Below, one piece after another: positions 44,283-59,179 of a stretch of DNA of 64,000 bases. The notes below the pieces were generated by a model, which saw nothing but the letters and a program-made list of their open reading frames with translations, was not told the origin of the DNA and made no database searches. The first letter of the stretch is position 1; every line of letters starts with the position of its first letter. Made by a program: the position numbers and the translations under genes. Source of the stretch: the human T2T-CHM13v2.0 reference genome, Homo sapiens; NCBI RefSeq assembly GCF_009914755.1, contig NC_060931.1, one strand, 5' to 3'.

Positions 44283-44570
44283 TAATAACTGCTTACATGG
44301 AATATTTTAGAACATTAACTCATTTGATTTTCATAACAATCTTGATATGGTGCTACTGTGATCCTCATTTTACAGATGAGGAAACTGAGTCACAAAGCAA
44401 TTAAGAGACTCCCCTTGTCAGCACTAAAGCCAGGATTGGTTCCCAGGCAGGTGGAGGTAGATTCCATACACCAGGTTACCAATCACTGCTCTAGTTGCCT
44501 CTCCAAACCAGTTAGTGGCAGAGTGAAACCCAGAACACAAGGACCCCGAGTCCAAATCTTTTTTTTTCAC
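44283..44570 (-). mobile_element. MIR (one element plus a second fragment)
   Basis: cctcattttacagatgaggaaactgagtcaca core; second piece gttagtggcagagtgaaacccagaac. Confidence 0.75.
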
Positions 44571-46399
44571 TCTAAAATATCTGTTACTACACATCCAACA
44601 CAAGTTTTCATGATCCCAGTCACTAAGGCTCTTTGCTACCTCTTTATCAAAATGCTTTCTTTTCTCCTCAAATTTTAGATATGGTTGTGTTTCTTATTTT
44701 TACAGATGGAATTTCTCTCCCTCAGCTACACTCAATTTACATCTCCCTACAACCAAGCCATGACTAGTTAAACCACAACAAACAAGCCTCAGCATTATGC
44801 ATTCCTTCAACAAAAAGGGAGAGAGAGAGAAAACTAACCACACGTATTGTCTGTCCATATTTGTCCTGGAAATGAAGGAATAGAAAGCAAGCTGTTGCAC
44901 TGGTTCATACAACTCATTTGTAGCACAAATACTTGGTGGTGGTGAATTTTATGGTAACCTCCCTTTTAGAGGCCATAGCTGAGGAAAGCAAAAGGCCCTC
45001 TTTTCACTTCATTGTCTATACTCAAGCATGTCATTTCATCCTTGTGGAACAGGATATTGAAGGGAATTTTTCCCTGAATGACTGGCTAGGATCCATGACT
45101 GGAAACGACAGGACAGAAGTATCCTAACGTTTTAGAACGTTTTAGAATGTCAATAGCTGCAGATAGCACCCAACATCTGCCAGGATTAAGAGATGGCAAA
45201 ATCAGGCTTCTACTTGTGCCTAGATGCCTCCTATAGAGATATCTGATTGGTCTGGTGCCACTCTTGGCAATAAGATGTTTTTTAATGCTCCCCAGGTAAT
45301 TCTAATTGCAGGCAAGGTTGGAATGACTGCTATACAAGAGAAGGGAGCAGTGCAGACAATAAGATGGTCATCTTCTTCTCAAGCAGTGAGAAGATTACCA
45401 CTTCCAAGTAAGATGTATCTTTCTTCTCTGAATAGCCTGGAGAGTGGGAATGTGGTTGGAAAGAAGTCCAAGAGGGCTTTCCTGTAAGAAAGGATGCTGT
45501 TTAGGGGTATGCTTAGACTCCGCCTGTGTGGGAAGAGAATGAGAACAACATTATGGTACACAGAAGAGAGTGACATGGAATAGACAGCTATGCTGCAGCC
45601 ATCTTTCATCATAGTTTACCCAAGAAAGCTGTTTACCAGGTGCCAGCCAAAGTCTGGGTTGTGGCAGCAAAAATCTGTGGCTAGACTACTGGTGGTGGGG
45701 ATTGTCTGGGCTATAAGATATAAGGTTCCACTCCGAAAACCGGGCAGTGGACAGACTCCACTCTGTGCCCCAAAGGTGGACACTTGGATGCTGCCCCATA
45801 GAGGCATGGAAGGACAGCAGAGAAGCATCAACCACCAACAAAGAGATCTAAACCAGGGCCAGATGAAGACAGACACCTCCTCTACTCCCTCCTTCAATTC
45901 CAAGACACAGGAGGTATTTGCGCCTAAAAGATGAAGCAGAAAAATTTGGATTTCTTTGGATTAAATTGTGAGCTTGGAAATTGAAAACTGAGCTCAGTTA
46001 TAGTAGTGATAATTAACCAGAAATGTAGAGAATCCACCAAAGATGCTGCCTAAAAGCAGAAAAGAAGTCTTCTAACCAACAAAATCAAGGCAGAATGGGG
46101 CAGATTTGTGGAAGCTTGCACATTTGTCCAGAGGCAGTTTATTTCTGTGAAAGAAAATGGATATGCTCAAAGGATATGACAGTTTGTGTGACTGACTGAC
46201 TTTAACAGGAACAATGCGCCATTATACCATCCTTTGTGTAGAATGTAGGAACGCTACTGGTTGGATGCTCTGAACTTGGCTTCCTTACAACTTCTGTGTC
46301 TTCTGCCTTGGTTGACGGGGGTCAGAAGTCCAAGTCGATGGTGACTTGGCTGCAATGAGATATGAAACACACACCAAGCAGTTGCACTGACTATGTACA

Positions 46400-46530
46400 A
46401 ATTATGTAACTCTTTGAATCTCAATTTTCTTATACAGAATATGGGAATAACATCTGCTCATGAGGTGGTTTTGAGGATTGCATTTTGCCTCACAAAAATG
46501 GCTGGCACGTGACCTACTCAATAAATGTTC
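46400..46530 (+). mobile_element. MIR
   Basis: aactctttgaatctcaattttcttatacagaatatgggaataaca...gctggcacgtgacctactcaataaatgtt. Confidence 0.65.
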
Positions 46531-47404
46531 ATAAAAATCCATCTTGATATAACACTCTTCTAGCATAAAATTCTAGTCAATAACCCCCATTTAAATGAAC
46601 ATAAGTACCTAAAGGACTTTGGTGAAAGATTGTTTCATAGAAAGGGCATCCATGTGGCACAATAGACAGGACATCCACGGTCTTATCTTCCTCCAGATTA
46701 ACGCTTGTGGTTTCCTGGAAAGTTTTTAAGCACAGTTCATACTAATAACAGCCATGCATCGGCTATTGGATCCTATTTAAAAGCTACTTCACTTGATGAT
46801 TTTTAAGTATTCAGATTTAAAGTGTCTGGCCCTTTTAAGAAAACAGTAAAATAAAGAAACAGAGATTTTGAATGAGAGAATACTAACACTTATACTTCCA
46901 AAACTATTTTTCTTCTTAGGAGGTAATTCAGAGCTAGACGGCAGACAGAACAAATGCTCGGTAACCAGGCAGCAATCTATGGATCAGAGGAACACGAAGG
47001 TAAAAGTAATTAAGGCTAATTAAGGACACATTGCAACAGGAGAGGCTTACAGAAGAAAAAAAAATTATACCTTTCCTTTTAATAGAAGTTAGGAATAGCT
47101 GGAACGGGGCCTAGAAACATGAAAAAGTACCAAAATAGTCTCAAACATGGAAGAACACTAAAAACCTTCCTTTAGAATAAAAGGAAGCTAAATTCTTAAA
47201 TACTCAGTTTTTGTTAGCTATTACTTACAAATACATCCTATGAACTACACTTAGGACTATCCATTTCTTTGACACTAAATTATAAGACAAAAGCAGCTCA
47301 TCAATATACATATCATTTTCTTCATAAATAATTGTATGAAAAAGCAAAGTCAAATGCACCTTGCTTTCCATCTTGGATTCCAGTTTATCCTTACCAGAAG
47401 AAAA

Positions 47405-48075
47405 CCTGTGAGTGCAGGGAAAAGGCAACCCTTATACACTGTTGATAGGAATGTAAATCAGTACAACACCTGTGGAAAACAGTATGCCAATTTCTCAAAG
47501 AACTAATAGAACTCCCATTTGACCCAGCAACCCCACTGCTGGCTATCTACTCAAAGGAAAAGAAATCATTCTATATTTTTAAAGACACCTGCACCCATAT
47601 GTTTATTGCAGCACTATTCTTGATAGCAAAATCATGGAATCAGCCTAAGTGTCCATCAGTGGTGGATTGGATAAAGAAAATGTGGTATATAGGCAACATG
47701 GAAAACTATGCAGCCATGAAAAATCACGAAATCATGTCCTTTGCAGCAACATGGATAGAGCTGGAGGCCATTATCCTAAGTGAAATAGCTCAAACTGAAA
47801 ATCAAATACTGCATGTTCTCACTTATAAGTGGGAACTAAACAATGGGTACACATGGACATAAAGATGAAAATAAGACACTGGGGACTCCAAAAGGCAGGG
47901 AAGGTGGGAAGGAGTGAGGGCTAAGAAAAATTACCTATTGGGTGCAACGTTCACTATTTGGGTGATGGGTACGCTAGAAGCCCAAATCTCACCATTATAC
48001 AATGTATCTATGTAACAAACCTGCACATGTACCCCACTGAATCTAACATTTAAAAACATAACTTTTAAAAAAAGA
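47405..48075 (+). mobile_element. L1PB4-like 3' fragment
   Basis: MFIAALFLIAKSWNQPKCPS peptide; 3' UTR aaaattacctattgggtgcaacgttcactatttgggtgatgggtac..agaagcccaaa. Confidence 0.88.
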
Positions 48076-48113
48076 AAATCTATTCTTGGGCACCAAGATA
48101 TTCCAAACTCCAA

Positions 48114-48171
48114 ACCAATGGCTTTTAACTGTAAATGTACATCAGAATCATCTGTGAGCTTTCTAGACACA

Positions 48172-48212
<41 letters not shown>

Positions 48213-48320
48213 CACACCCACTTTGTTCCCAATTCGAACCATCTGGATCAGAAACTCCTAGGGTAAGCATGGCCCAGGAATGTGTATTATATGTTAAGTC
48301 TCCAGAGATGCTAATATGTA
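48114..48320. mobile_element. MER5-like DNA transposon with an internal (CA)n at 48167-48210
   Basis: acatcagaatcatctgtgagct ... atcagaaactc ... ggcccaggaatgtgtatt ... ccagagatgctaat. Confidence 0.65.
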
Positions 48321-51044
48321 CCTCCCATCATAACCACAAGCCATCACCATTCCACTGGTGGCAGCTACCGAAATTGTAGATATTATCCCCCAAAGAAGAG
48401 TTAATCCAAATACTCCCTCTCATGATCAAGCTGAGAGCCTTCCACAGTTTTACTTTACAGTCTCTGATAAACTATCCCAGACAAGTATAACCTAAATTAT
48501 TTTAAATAAAAGTCTGTTTGCATACCAAACATTTCCAAAAATAGGAAACAGGATTTGCCCAATAATGATTTATTGTATATTGATCAAGACTAGATTCTAA
48601 TATCGAAGTCATTAGAGCCTCTTTCCCAATGCTCTGCATCATCTGTACTTTTGGCAGAATGAACCACAGCAGATGACAAAATCATCTCTTCCTTATAGGC
48701 CATTATCTCCTGCTGTGGGGATTGGTCAATGAATAACTAGCAATTGGGCACCTATTATAACAGAGCACTATCCAGGTGCTATACTTTCACTTAATCTGTG
48801 TTTTTAAGGAAGTTAAAATGCAATTTGACAGTCAACCCATCAGAAAATAGGCAACAGGAACAAAGGGCAAGATATAAGTTTGAAGTCAAAGTTATACAAA
48901 GGAGGGAAGCTGTTGGCTGAGCTTATCAGAGAATAATTTGTGGAGGACGTCTGAGCTTGGTCCTAGGAAATAGCAATAATGAGGTTAGTAGAAAAACTTT
49001 GAAAAGATCACTTGAACTCAATTTGTAGTTCAAGAAATATTCACTGGAGATCTGCTACATGATCAATCCTGGAGTAGTCAATATGGTAGAAGACAAAGAT
49101 GATGGGCACCCAGTCCTGTTCCTGAAAGGCTCATACTAACTCACAGCAAAGTACAAGTATTTATCATCTACACAAACAGCTGTTGGAAAAACATGGCAGG
49201 CTTCGTGGAGGTGGTGGCTTTTTTAGCTAGGTCTTAATATAAAGGAATTTGACAAGAAGAATATGAAGAAAATGACTTTCTAAGACAATGAAGCAGGCTG
49301 TATCTGGGGAATTAATTTATTTAATTTTCTCCAAATTGTATTGTATATATTTGTATATCAAATGCGTTGTTTATATATTTACATAAAGAATATACATCCC
49401 TGAAAAGGAAAATATTCCTATTTTAATTATTCAGGCAGATAGATGACCAATGCCTCATAGGCAAATTGGCCACGTGTTCACAACAGCTGTTTGCACCTAT
49501 GTTCCTCCAATGAGGGAAGAAAACATTGAAAAAACAGGATCGTTGACTTGCCTTCATTCTATGTCTCAACACATGCAATTCTGACTTAGAATTCTGTGTT
49601 TATCCAGTTGTACCACAAAGCTTGCATTTATGGAAATATAAGATAAAAATAAATAAAGGCACTGGGAAGTGTTTGGGAAACATGACACATGTTAGCTTAT
49701 AACTCGAGTACATGGCAGAGGCAGAATTCATTTCAATATCAAGTCTGTCGTCACCATTGAGAAAGAAAGGTTTGATAGACTACACGAATCACAGTGTTTA
49801 TTTGTATTGAACGGTGTCCCCATCTTTCAAGGCATTTTAAAAATGTATTTATATCCTTTTATGTTCTGAAAAATTCCTTGTTACTCCCATTATATAGATA
49901 AGAAAGTAAATGCAAGGAAAGCCCATTATCTCACAACTAAATTGGTACCCAGCTTCAATTTCTAGTTAACTACTAATAAAGTGAAGCTTTATTGGCTCTT
50001 CATTTAACACTGTGATGTTCTGCCCTTGTCTCTCTGCCAGATCCACGTCTCCACCTTTGAAACAACTGCCTTTGATACCATGCCTAACATATTCTAAGGT
50101 TAAAAGGCAGCTTAGAGTGCATTTTAGAAATACTCAGAGGGTTTGATGGATGTTAAAATTCTCTCATAAAATAACATCTTGATATGAGTTAATTGTGAAT
50201 TAATGAAAAACATGTGAATCCTAATACATTCAAATAACTCATTGGTTCAAAAAAACAAGGCAGGTCTGCTTAGTGGAAAACATGCTGCCAACTCCCAGAT
50301 ATTTAAGCAAAAAATCATGACAGTCTAAATCCAACACATGCTGGATAGGTCTATCTCTGTGCGTAAATTTAAAGAAGGCATTTTTGTGAGTGCTAAACAA
50401 CCAGTCTCCTGAAAATCAGCCAAGCATTTGGAGATTATATTCTACTGCCCCATTAATACTGTAAAGAAGTCTATGGAATGGCAACGTTCTCTGAAAAGGG
50501 TACCTGAATCACCTGGGAAGCAGACTCCCAAAGACAGTGAAGTCTGCCATTTATCAGATTAGACCACTTTCTGGTCTGCAGCAGCTTGAAGCAAAGAAAG
50601 GACTATTGGTTTCAGTTTTTCTGAAAACCCGGATCCTCATAAGGAAGGCCCTTCACAGTGAACTCATGCAAGTCCAAATTTAAATTCTGATTCAGCCCAG
50701 ATGTCATCAATAATCACGGTCAACTCCCACTGGACAACATTAAAAATTGTCACCCTCAGAGACAAACTCATTACAGCTTCCAAAATGGATTAGGGCATTT
50801 GAGGTTTCTCTATTCTTAGATTATACCCTAGATCATTTAGTGCTTTGAAAGTCTGAAAGGTCATCAATATCTTTTCTTTGGCTTTGAAATTAATCCAAAA
50901 GACTATAGACTCAATATAATAGAGAGTAGTATCATACAAGTTTTTATGAAAAGAATATTCAGAAAATAGCATTTTTAAAAGATTTTCCTGCCACGGTTTG
51001 CCAGCTGTAATGATGAGTGAGGAGAGTCTGGAGTTAAGAAAGTC

Positions 51045-51480
51045 ACCTGGGTTAGGACCCTATTTAAGCAACAGAGAGGCTCAACTCAAACTAAAGCAAA
51101 AAGGAAACTATTATGTTTACTGGGGTAGGCTCAGCATTGAAGAAAGCTGCTGGAGCCAACACCCCCAGGAACTCCTTACCTCCTGGATTCTCTCTCCATT
51201 TGCCTCTCATCCCTCCTCCGCATATGTTGGCTTCACTCTCTTCTGGAAGTTGGCCTTCTCTGCTAACAGGAGACATGGCTACTAGCAGCCTCAGCCTTGC
51301 ACCACCCCATGAATCACAGGGAAGGATGCTCATTGGTTCTGCTTGTATCACATGCTCAACTTACGTCCCGCGGATGAAGGAGTGTTAGTAGCTACACCTG
51401 GTACCCATACACAGCCAGAGATGGTGGGCTTGTGACTAGAGGAAGGACAGTGGGAGTGCTCTCTTGGCAGACTAAAAATA
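51045..51480 (-). mobile_element. Old MLT1 (J/K/L-like) LTR
   Basis: aagcaacagagaggctcaactcaaactaaagcaaaaagg ... ctcattggttctgcttgtatcacatgctc. Confidence 0.55.
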
Positions 51481-51934
51481 ATAATAGTAACAGTGACGGC
51501 CTCTACAATTTTACTGTCTTCTACAATGGCCTGATAGATTGTGGAGGCTAAAGGTGTGTCTACTCGAGGAGGCAATTGTGGAAATGTTCTTTCCTCCTTA
51601 TCACTTGTCAGAAAAGCACTCTTCCTCTAAAGCCAATGTTACAGTGAAGCACCCCAGATAATTTACTGCTATTAACATATTTGGATATGAAGCCACTGGC
51701 TGCTGTACATCCCTATCCTAGGGGTTAACTCAGTATGGCTCTTGCTCTTGCTGGAAATAAAAGAACCCCACATTTTATACAATTTTGGTACTCTCACAAG
51801 GGGTCCTATATGCTGGGGTTTTATATATGCAGAGTAAATTCTTGGGTTTCTGACCTAAGGCAAATCACTCTTCCTTAAATAATTGCCAATCTCTCTCACC
51901 TGTACTTTGATAAAAAGATGGAAATCCTCGAATG

Positions 51935-52099
51935 AGGTAGTTCTCAAACGTGGGCCCTAATCATTACCAGCATCACCTGGAAACGCAAATTGCAGCATTC
52001 CACCAAAGACCTAGTGGAGATTCTGACGCTGGTGCCCAGCAATCTGTTTTAATGAGCTCTCGAGGTGATAGCAAGCACACTGACATTTGGGAACCACTG
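51935..52099. mobile_element. MER5A
   Basis: gtagttctcaaacgtgggccc...cagcatcacctggaa...cccagcaatctgttttaa...tttgggaaccactg. Confidence 0.8.
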
Positions 52100-53133
52100 T
52101 TCTACTGTATTTATCACTGACACCAGCACAATCAAATGAATGTGGGAAATGTGAGGAAATTCCCTCTTTCCAAAAAAGACAGACATGCTCCAAGGACACT
52201 GAAGTATCTGATGAGTCGAAGAATTGCCAAAATGGTTGCCTGAAAATAGGATATTTTGTGAATGAGACTCATGTCTGGGAATGAGGTAAAAAAGGATCAT
52301 AAAATAAAGGCTATGCCTAGACAAATTATGATATTTTCTTACCAATGTAAGAGTATAATTCATTAAATCAATCCAATTCTGTGCATCAGAAAGAGAGGGG
52401 GACAGAGAACAGAAGAGACAATGCAGGAGGAGGAGTGGAAGGAGGGGGAGGAGGAGGAAGTTTGACTATGGTTGAGTTTTGGTTGGCTTTGCCCATTGGA
52501 TTGCAAAGTAACCCAGAAGTTAAGCAGGATAAATAATAATATTAGCTAATGTTTAAGAAGAAAGGGGGAAGATCTGGTAAATGAGGACAGAAGCAAGGTA
52601 AACTATAAGTGATATAACAACAAAGAAAGTGTCATCATACATAGAAAGATCAAGGACAGAACAGACTATAAAGTTGCATGTTATCATTACTATTTTTTTA
52701 AAGTGTTATGGGAACAAGAATTGAACGACAGTATCATGAATAGCATTGTAGATTAGATCAATGATTGTTTTTCTTAAAATTGACTCTAATACCAATGTAT
52801 TTCCTTGTTAAGGTATGCTGGCTGAAGGGTACTGGTGTTTGTCCTAGAAGGTGCTCTGAGAGATTCTCTGTTCTTAGTTCTTATTAGAACTAATACGTTC
52901 TATGATCATGTCCTGCAGGGCCTAGTGGTGCCAGGAGGCTGTGCGGCACATTATTGTTGCTTCATGTTGAGCAAATCTACACAGGTGTGGGTTAATCCAG
53001 TTTGTCAGGTGTTGCTAATGTGATCGGTGAATCTGACTGATGTGAATTCATTCCAAAAGCCTGGCAGAATTTTGGAGAAAGAGCTAAGTTGCACATCGAT
53101 ATTTTTAAACCATTTTGTTTAAAATGCAGGAGA

Positions 53134-53440
<307 letters not shown>

Positions 53441-54406
53441 AAAATGTAGGGGATACAACGTCTTAAGTCATTTGAAACTTCCAAGTCACATGTATATAGT
53501 CAATGGTGTGGTCAGCTTAGATACGAATATTGGTATTAGGAAGAATATGTAGCAAAGACATGGAAAGAACAAAATAAAAGGACTCACAAGGAAATCCTGC
53601 TACACTCTAATCACTGGAGTCACATAAGATGTTGCTGACAATGGAACAACATTAGGAAAATAACATGCAGAATGTGAACAATTAAGCAAATGTCAAGTGC
53701 AGAGGGCCAACCCCTATAAAGAATAAATAATTGGTGAAGCATTTATTTCTTTAGTACCCAAGGGGAAAATAAATAGAAATGGAAGAAATAGAACTTGCTC
53801 AAAAGTGGTTTGGCAGTCTGAAGAGCAGCTGGATTTAATTTAGCTTTCCCAAGAAAAGAGAGGGATTTGGAGTTAACCCAACTTGACTGTTCAGATTAAC
53901 TCAGGTTTTATACATTCATTCATTCATTCATCAACAAACCTCCACCAAGTGGCCACCACACACCAGGCAGACAATGTGCTAGGCTTTAGGGAAGCCTGTC
54001 CCCATGCCTCCCCTCGGCTCCTCTCTGCCTCTTCCCCATCCTTTCATTTTGACACACTAACTCTTCCCTGAGGAGAAAGTATGCAGCCACATTCCACACT
54101 ATTCAATTGTTAGACCACCTAGGATAATCTGAATAAACATAACCTATAACCTAAAAAAGTTCAATTTTTAATGCATCAGTTGGAATCAAGTTCTATTTCT
54201 TAGTTAATCAAAAAGTAAGTCTCAAGAGATTACTTCTACTTTTGACCTAGTCCTGGAGAAGGCTCTAAGATACTAAAAGGGAGTTAAAGAAGCCCAGTGC
54301 CTGCCATTGAAAGGCTTCCTGTCTACAGTTTAAGCAACCAGAGAATACAAGATCATTTAAAATGAAGAGGCAAAAAAAAAGATAGCCTAGAAGATAAAAT
54401 ATTAGA

Positions 54407-54684
54407 GGCTGGGTATGGTGGCTCATGCCTATAATTTCAATCCTTTGGAAGGCCAAGGTGAGATGCCAGGAATTAAAGAACAGCCTGGGAAACATAGCAA
54501 GATGCTGTCTCTAAAAAAAATATCCAGGCATGGTGATCAGTGCCTGTAGTCTTAGCTACTTAGGAGGCTGAGGCAGGAGGATCTCTTGGGCCCTGGAATT
54601 CGAGGTTGCAGTGACCTATGATCACACCACTGGACTCCAGCCTGGGCAACAGAGTGAGAACCTGTTTCAAAAATAAAATAAAAT
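54407..54684 (+). mobile_element. AluJ (small left-arm deletion), (AAAAT)n tail
   Basis: Dimer with gtgacctatgatcacaccactg; TSD aaatattaga on both sides. Confidence 0.9.
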
Positions 54685-55550
54685 AAATATTAGAGAGAGG
54701 AAACACAAAATACATACATCTTTGCCTATCTTTCCTAGCTAGTTTGACATTGCAAGAACTAAAAGAGAAAGTAGCAGGCACATGTGGGTTATCAATGCCA
54801 TTCGTCAAAAGTAATAATTGGCAGTTAGTATCTACTCTTCTTTGTGTAATGTCTTCCAGGATGTTGGGCACATATGAATCAGGTGTCTTCTTTCCATTCA
54901 GTGGTGTTGAGACATCTATGCATCTGGCTATTTCAGATAAGGACTGTGAGTGTGGAGTCTTGATAAATTTACAGCATTCTGGCCTTTTCAAAAGAAAGTG
55001 AGTTTTATTCCAGCAGATTCAGGGTATAAAGAGAGCTGCCGCCTATGCCCCTGCCATAGACCCTAGATAGCTGCCTTCCCCCACCCATAGTGATGCCTTT
55101 AAGTTTGAGCATACACCCACATAATCAAAAAGTATAAACAAAGAATCAAGTCTGGTGAGGAGACCCCAGCCTGACTCAAAGGCTTAAGTAGCAGCCAGTG
55201 GATTCCTGATGCTTCAGACAGGAGGAAAAAAAAAAAAAAGATCTATGGTATATCTATCTCTTGTGCCAAGCTAGATTCAAAATCTCGAAGAAACAAAAAA
55301 GTCCTTATTTCATGTAAAAGTACACCTAACCTAGCCAACCCTTAACTAGGATTTGACAACTCCTATTATGATAGAGCCTCAAATAAAAAATTATACTGTC
55401 ATCTGAAAGCATGCACAATTAGAGCCAGATATTGAAGATATAGTTACAGTTTATCTCAAAGGGATTAATTTAAAATACCAGGGAAAGGTCTGATTGCTAT
55501 GTTTGGGGTGCCCTGACCCCAAGACCTACTATGAAATCAAAATGACTCAC

Positions 55551-55604
55551 CTAATTCTCAGATGAGAATCACATTGCGAGTAGAGAAATTCCAGACTCAG
55601 TGCT
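55551..55604 (-). other. Candidate internal exon (54 nt)
   Basis: Minus strand: atttttgtcttcag|AGCACT...GAATTAG|gtgagt; near-consensus donor; unique sequence. Confidence 0.45.
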
Positions 55605-56351
55605 CTGAAGACAAAAATCTTAAAAGCATGACTATTAAGAGTTGGAAGAACATTAGAGTTTCTACTGTATCTACCATAATCTTCTATTTAATGTATCAAT
55701 TCTCACTACAACATTCTAGAAAAATGGTCCTCAAGTTTATTTGAACGAGGAAATGATTATCTTCCAACACAATGTTTACGTGAAGAGAAATCACTGGGTG
55801 CCTAAAATGATGTGTATTGCTTGATGTCTTTTCCTCATCCTAATGATAAATAATCATTTTTTCGTACCTACGTGTAGAAGAATAACCTATGCCCCTATAT
55901 GCCAAGAATTTTGATGCCTTCTTACCCTGCCTTTTCCCAGATTATATGAGCCAGTAAATCCGTCATGTGCCTAGCCTATCCATTCACACTAGATAAGGAA
56001 GAGATTTATAGAGAAAAAAAAGAATATCACAAGTGTCAAATTAGTATCCACTTTCCAGTTCCAAAGTAACTAAAGATTCCGTCTATGTTAAGTTAGAACC
56101 ATTCATATTGATTGTGTGTTGCCTTACATACATATTGTTCTTCTTCATCTTTACATCCACAGAGAAGAGTCATAAAATGATACAGTTAAACAACTGGAAA
56201 ATTCCTTAGTTGTCATCTACTTTGGCCATGCAGAAGAAAATAGAGAGATTTAAAAGAGAAATCCTGGGTAAAATATTTTACAAGGAAGAAATAGAAAGAA
56301 AAGGTGATTACATCAGATAAAACTGGACCTACTTATAGAAATGTGAGCCAA

Positions 56352-56736
<385 letters not shown>

Positions 56737-58069
56737 TTAAAGGGCACAATTAAGACCAACAGAGCTAACAATCAAATACCAAGTAATATGCCAAGTACTT
56801 CACAGGTATGAACTCATTTAGTCTTTAAAATAACCTTATAAGATAGGTTCCAAAATTATTTCATTTTACAGATAAAAAATGTGGCTTTGAGAAATATGAC
56901 TTCAAAATCTACACTCTTAAATTCTGTCATGTCTACCCATAGATACTGTGGTACAGCACTAAATTCAGTTCTGAGATCCTGATGTCAAAAAAAAAAATGC
57001 AGAAAACAATGATTATGTTAGCATTTTGATTTTCCAACAAATTAAATGGGACCTTCAAAAGAGAAAAATTTTGAGACCAAGATTCAGAAAGAATAAATCA
57101 TGCCTGGCCTTATGTTACAAATAGTGGATGTATTAACAGGCAGAAAAGAGTTTTCAACATTTTTTTCATAATCTGTTTCTTGTATAATCCTCCAATTAAA
57201 GCTGAGGACACAGTGTTGACCTGGAACCCAGCGGGTTTTCCACAAGTGAAGAAGGCACAGAGGCAGAAGAATAAATAGGTCCTCCAGCAGAGGGTCCTTT
57301 GTTTGCAAAAGAAATTTTCCTCATCTGGCTCAGTTTAACTTAGGAAGCAAGCCTAACAGGAGAGAACAGAGATCATGAAACTGATTAAAGCTTCTCTTGT
57401 GCTGCTTCATGTTCAGGATGAGATAAATGAGATAAATGAGAATAAAATCTGCAATAAAACAACCCGTTGAGGTAGCAATATACCAATTAAACTAAAACTC
57501 TTCTCTTGAATTGGGTTCAGCTGCATCTGTGGTAATTCTTATTCTCCTTTCTTCCCTGCGCCACTGCAGGGCACAGAGTTCCCCCTGCACCATGTCCACA
57601 CACTGCTTTTCTGCATTCTGCTTATGTTGCTATAATCCAGATAGTTATTCATTCACAAATATTTATTGAGTCTCCATTACATGGGGTCCCCAAAGCTAAT
57701 GGAAGAGTTAGCCTTCAACAACTACCTACATCTGCTCATACCATCCCCTCTTCTCGTTACTATGAAAAAATGTTCTATCAAAGCCCAATCACCCAAGTTT
57801 GTATTCTGAATTTTTTTGTCCTCCTGTTTCTCAGAAACCTTCCTCATCCACTATCTCATCTCTGTCATGATCGTCAAGCTTTTCTTTTCTATAGGATCAT
57901 GCCCTATAACATACAAACATCACTTTCATAAAATTCCTGTCTTTACCATCATCTTCTTAAAGTTACCCATCTAAGTGTCAACTCCCAGCTCCACCCAAGC
58001 TTTTTAAAGAGGTATCTACACATCCTTTCTTTGCTTTTTTATCATACAGTCTTTAATCTAAATTACTCT

Positions 58070-58350
58070 TGATCATGGTTATTTCCCAAAGATGGCCCAA
58101 AACAATTATGCTGGTTCTTGTATAAGCAGACTGCTCCTCAATTCAAACAGTAAAGTTTATTACCTCTGCCCTTGACTCGGGTCTGAACCTGTGACTATTT
58201 TGGTCAATAAAATACATTGGAAGGGCTGCTATATACCTTGACCTGGCAGCTTCTGCTTTTCTTGGAGTGCTCCAGGAAGCAGCACTCTATCTCAGAAACT
58301 AGCCACCATGCTCTGAGAACCCAAGCTACATGGAGTGACCATGCATAGGT
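58070..58350 (+). mobile_element. MLT1 (G/H-like) LTR fragment
   Basis: ccaaagatggcc ... cctgtgactattttggtcaataaaata ... cctggcagcttctgcttt ... agccaccatgctctgagaacccaagctacatggag. Confidence 0.6.
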
Positions 58351-58399
58351 GCTCACCCATCTCAGGGCCTATGTGTCATCTATTTACTCTTCCAAAGAG

Positions 58400-58653
58400 A
58401 CTCGTCTGTTTTCCTGCTCTACATCTCAGTAGTTCCACTCATCCTTCAAATCTGAAATTAAATATTATTTTGTAAGAGATGGCTTCATTTGAAATACTCC
58501 AACTCAAATCAAGTACCAGTATTGTAATTTGTCATCAAACATTATATTTCTAATCCATAGTATTTATCAAAATTTGTAATGGATATTGTATTTGTATTTT
58601 ATATCTGTCTCCCCTAACAAACATAATCTTCATGTTTATGTTGTTCACCATCA
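58400..58653 (+). mobile_element. L2 3' region
   Basis: ctcatccttcaaatctgaaattaaatattattt ... atctgtctccc ... ttgttcacca. Confidence 0.55.
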
Positions 58654-59155
58654 TGATAGGCAGCTTTTCACATGGCTCCCAGTGATCCACAAATCCTGGT
58701 ATTCATACTCTTGTATCATACTCTCCATTTGAGCATGGGCTGGACCTAGTGACTCACCTGAAATAAATATGTCAAAAGTGATGGAATATCATTTCCATAA
58801 TTAGGTTGTAAAAGACTGTGAGTTGTGTCTTGCTAGCTGACTCTATTAGCTTCTCAAGTTGCATGCTTTGACAAAGCAAGCTGCCAAGTTGAAAGGATGC
58901 AAATGGCAAATAATTGAGGGCAATCACTGCCCAACAGCCATCAACAAAGTAAATCCTGCCAACAATTATGTATGTGAGTTTGGAGGCAGATTTTTCCTCA
59001 GTTAAGCCCAGTGGACCCCTTAATTTTAACCTGTGAAATAGTGGTCCCAAGTAAGCCATGCTCAGATTTATGGCCCATGGATACTATGAGATAGTAAAGA
59101 AGTGATGTTTTAAGCCACTAAGTTTTAGGGTAATTTGGTAGGCAGCAATATAATC
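58654..59155 (+). mobile_element. MLT1E-like solo LTR
   Basis: atggctcccagtgatcc..ctggtattcatactcttgta...gggctggacctagtgactc ... gttttaagccactaagttttagggtaatttg..gcagcaata. Confidence 0.85.
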
Positions 59156-59179
59156 ATTGTGTCTCCAATACAAAAAAAA

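Noticed and set aside
52390-52460. Purine-rich (GGA)n tract as a G4/triplex element
   Set aside because: Short, imperfect, common low-complexity sequence
54560-54991. 143-aa minus-strand ORF
   Set aside because: C-terminal third is antisense Alu; the rest has no recognisable homology
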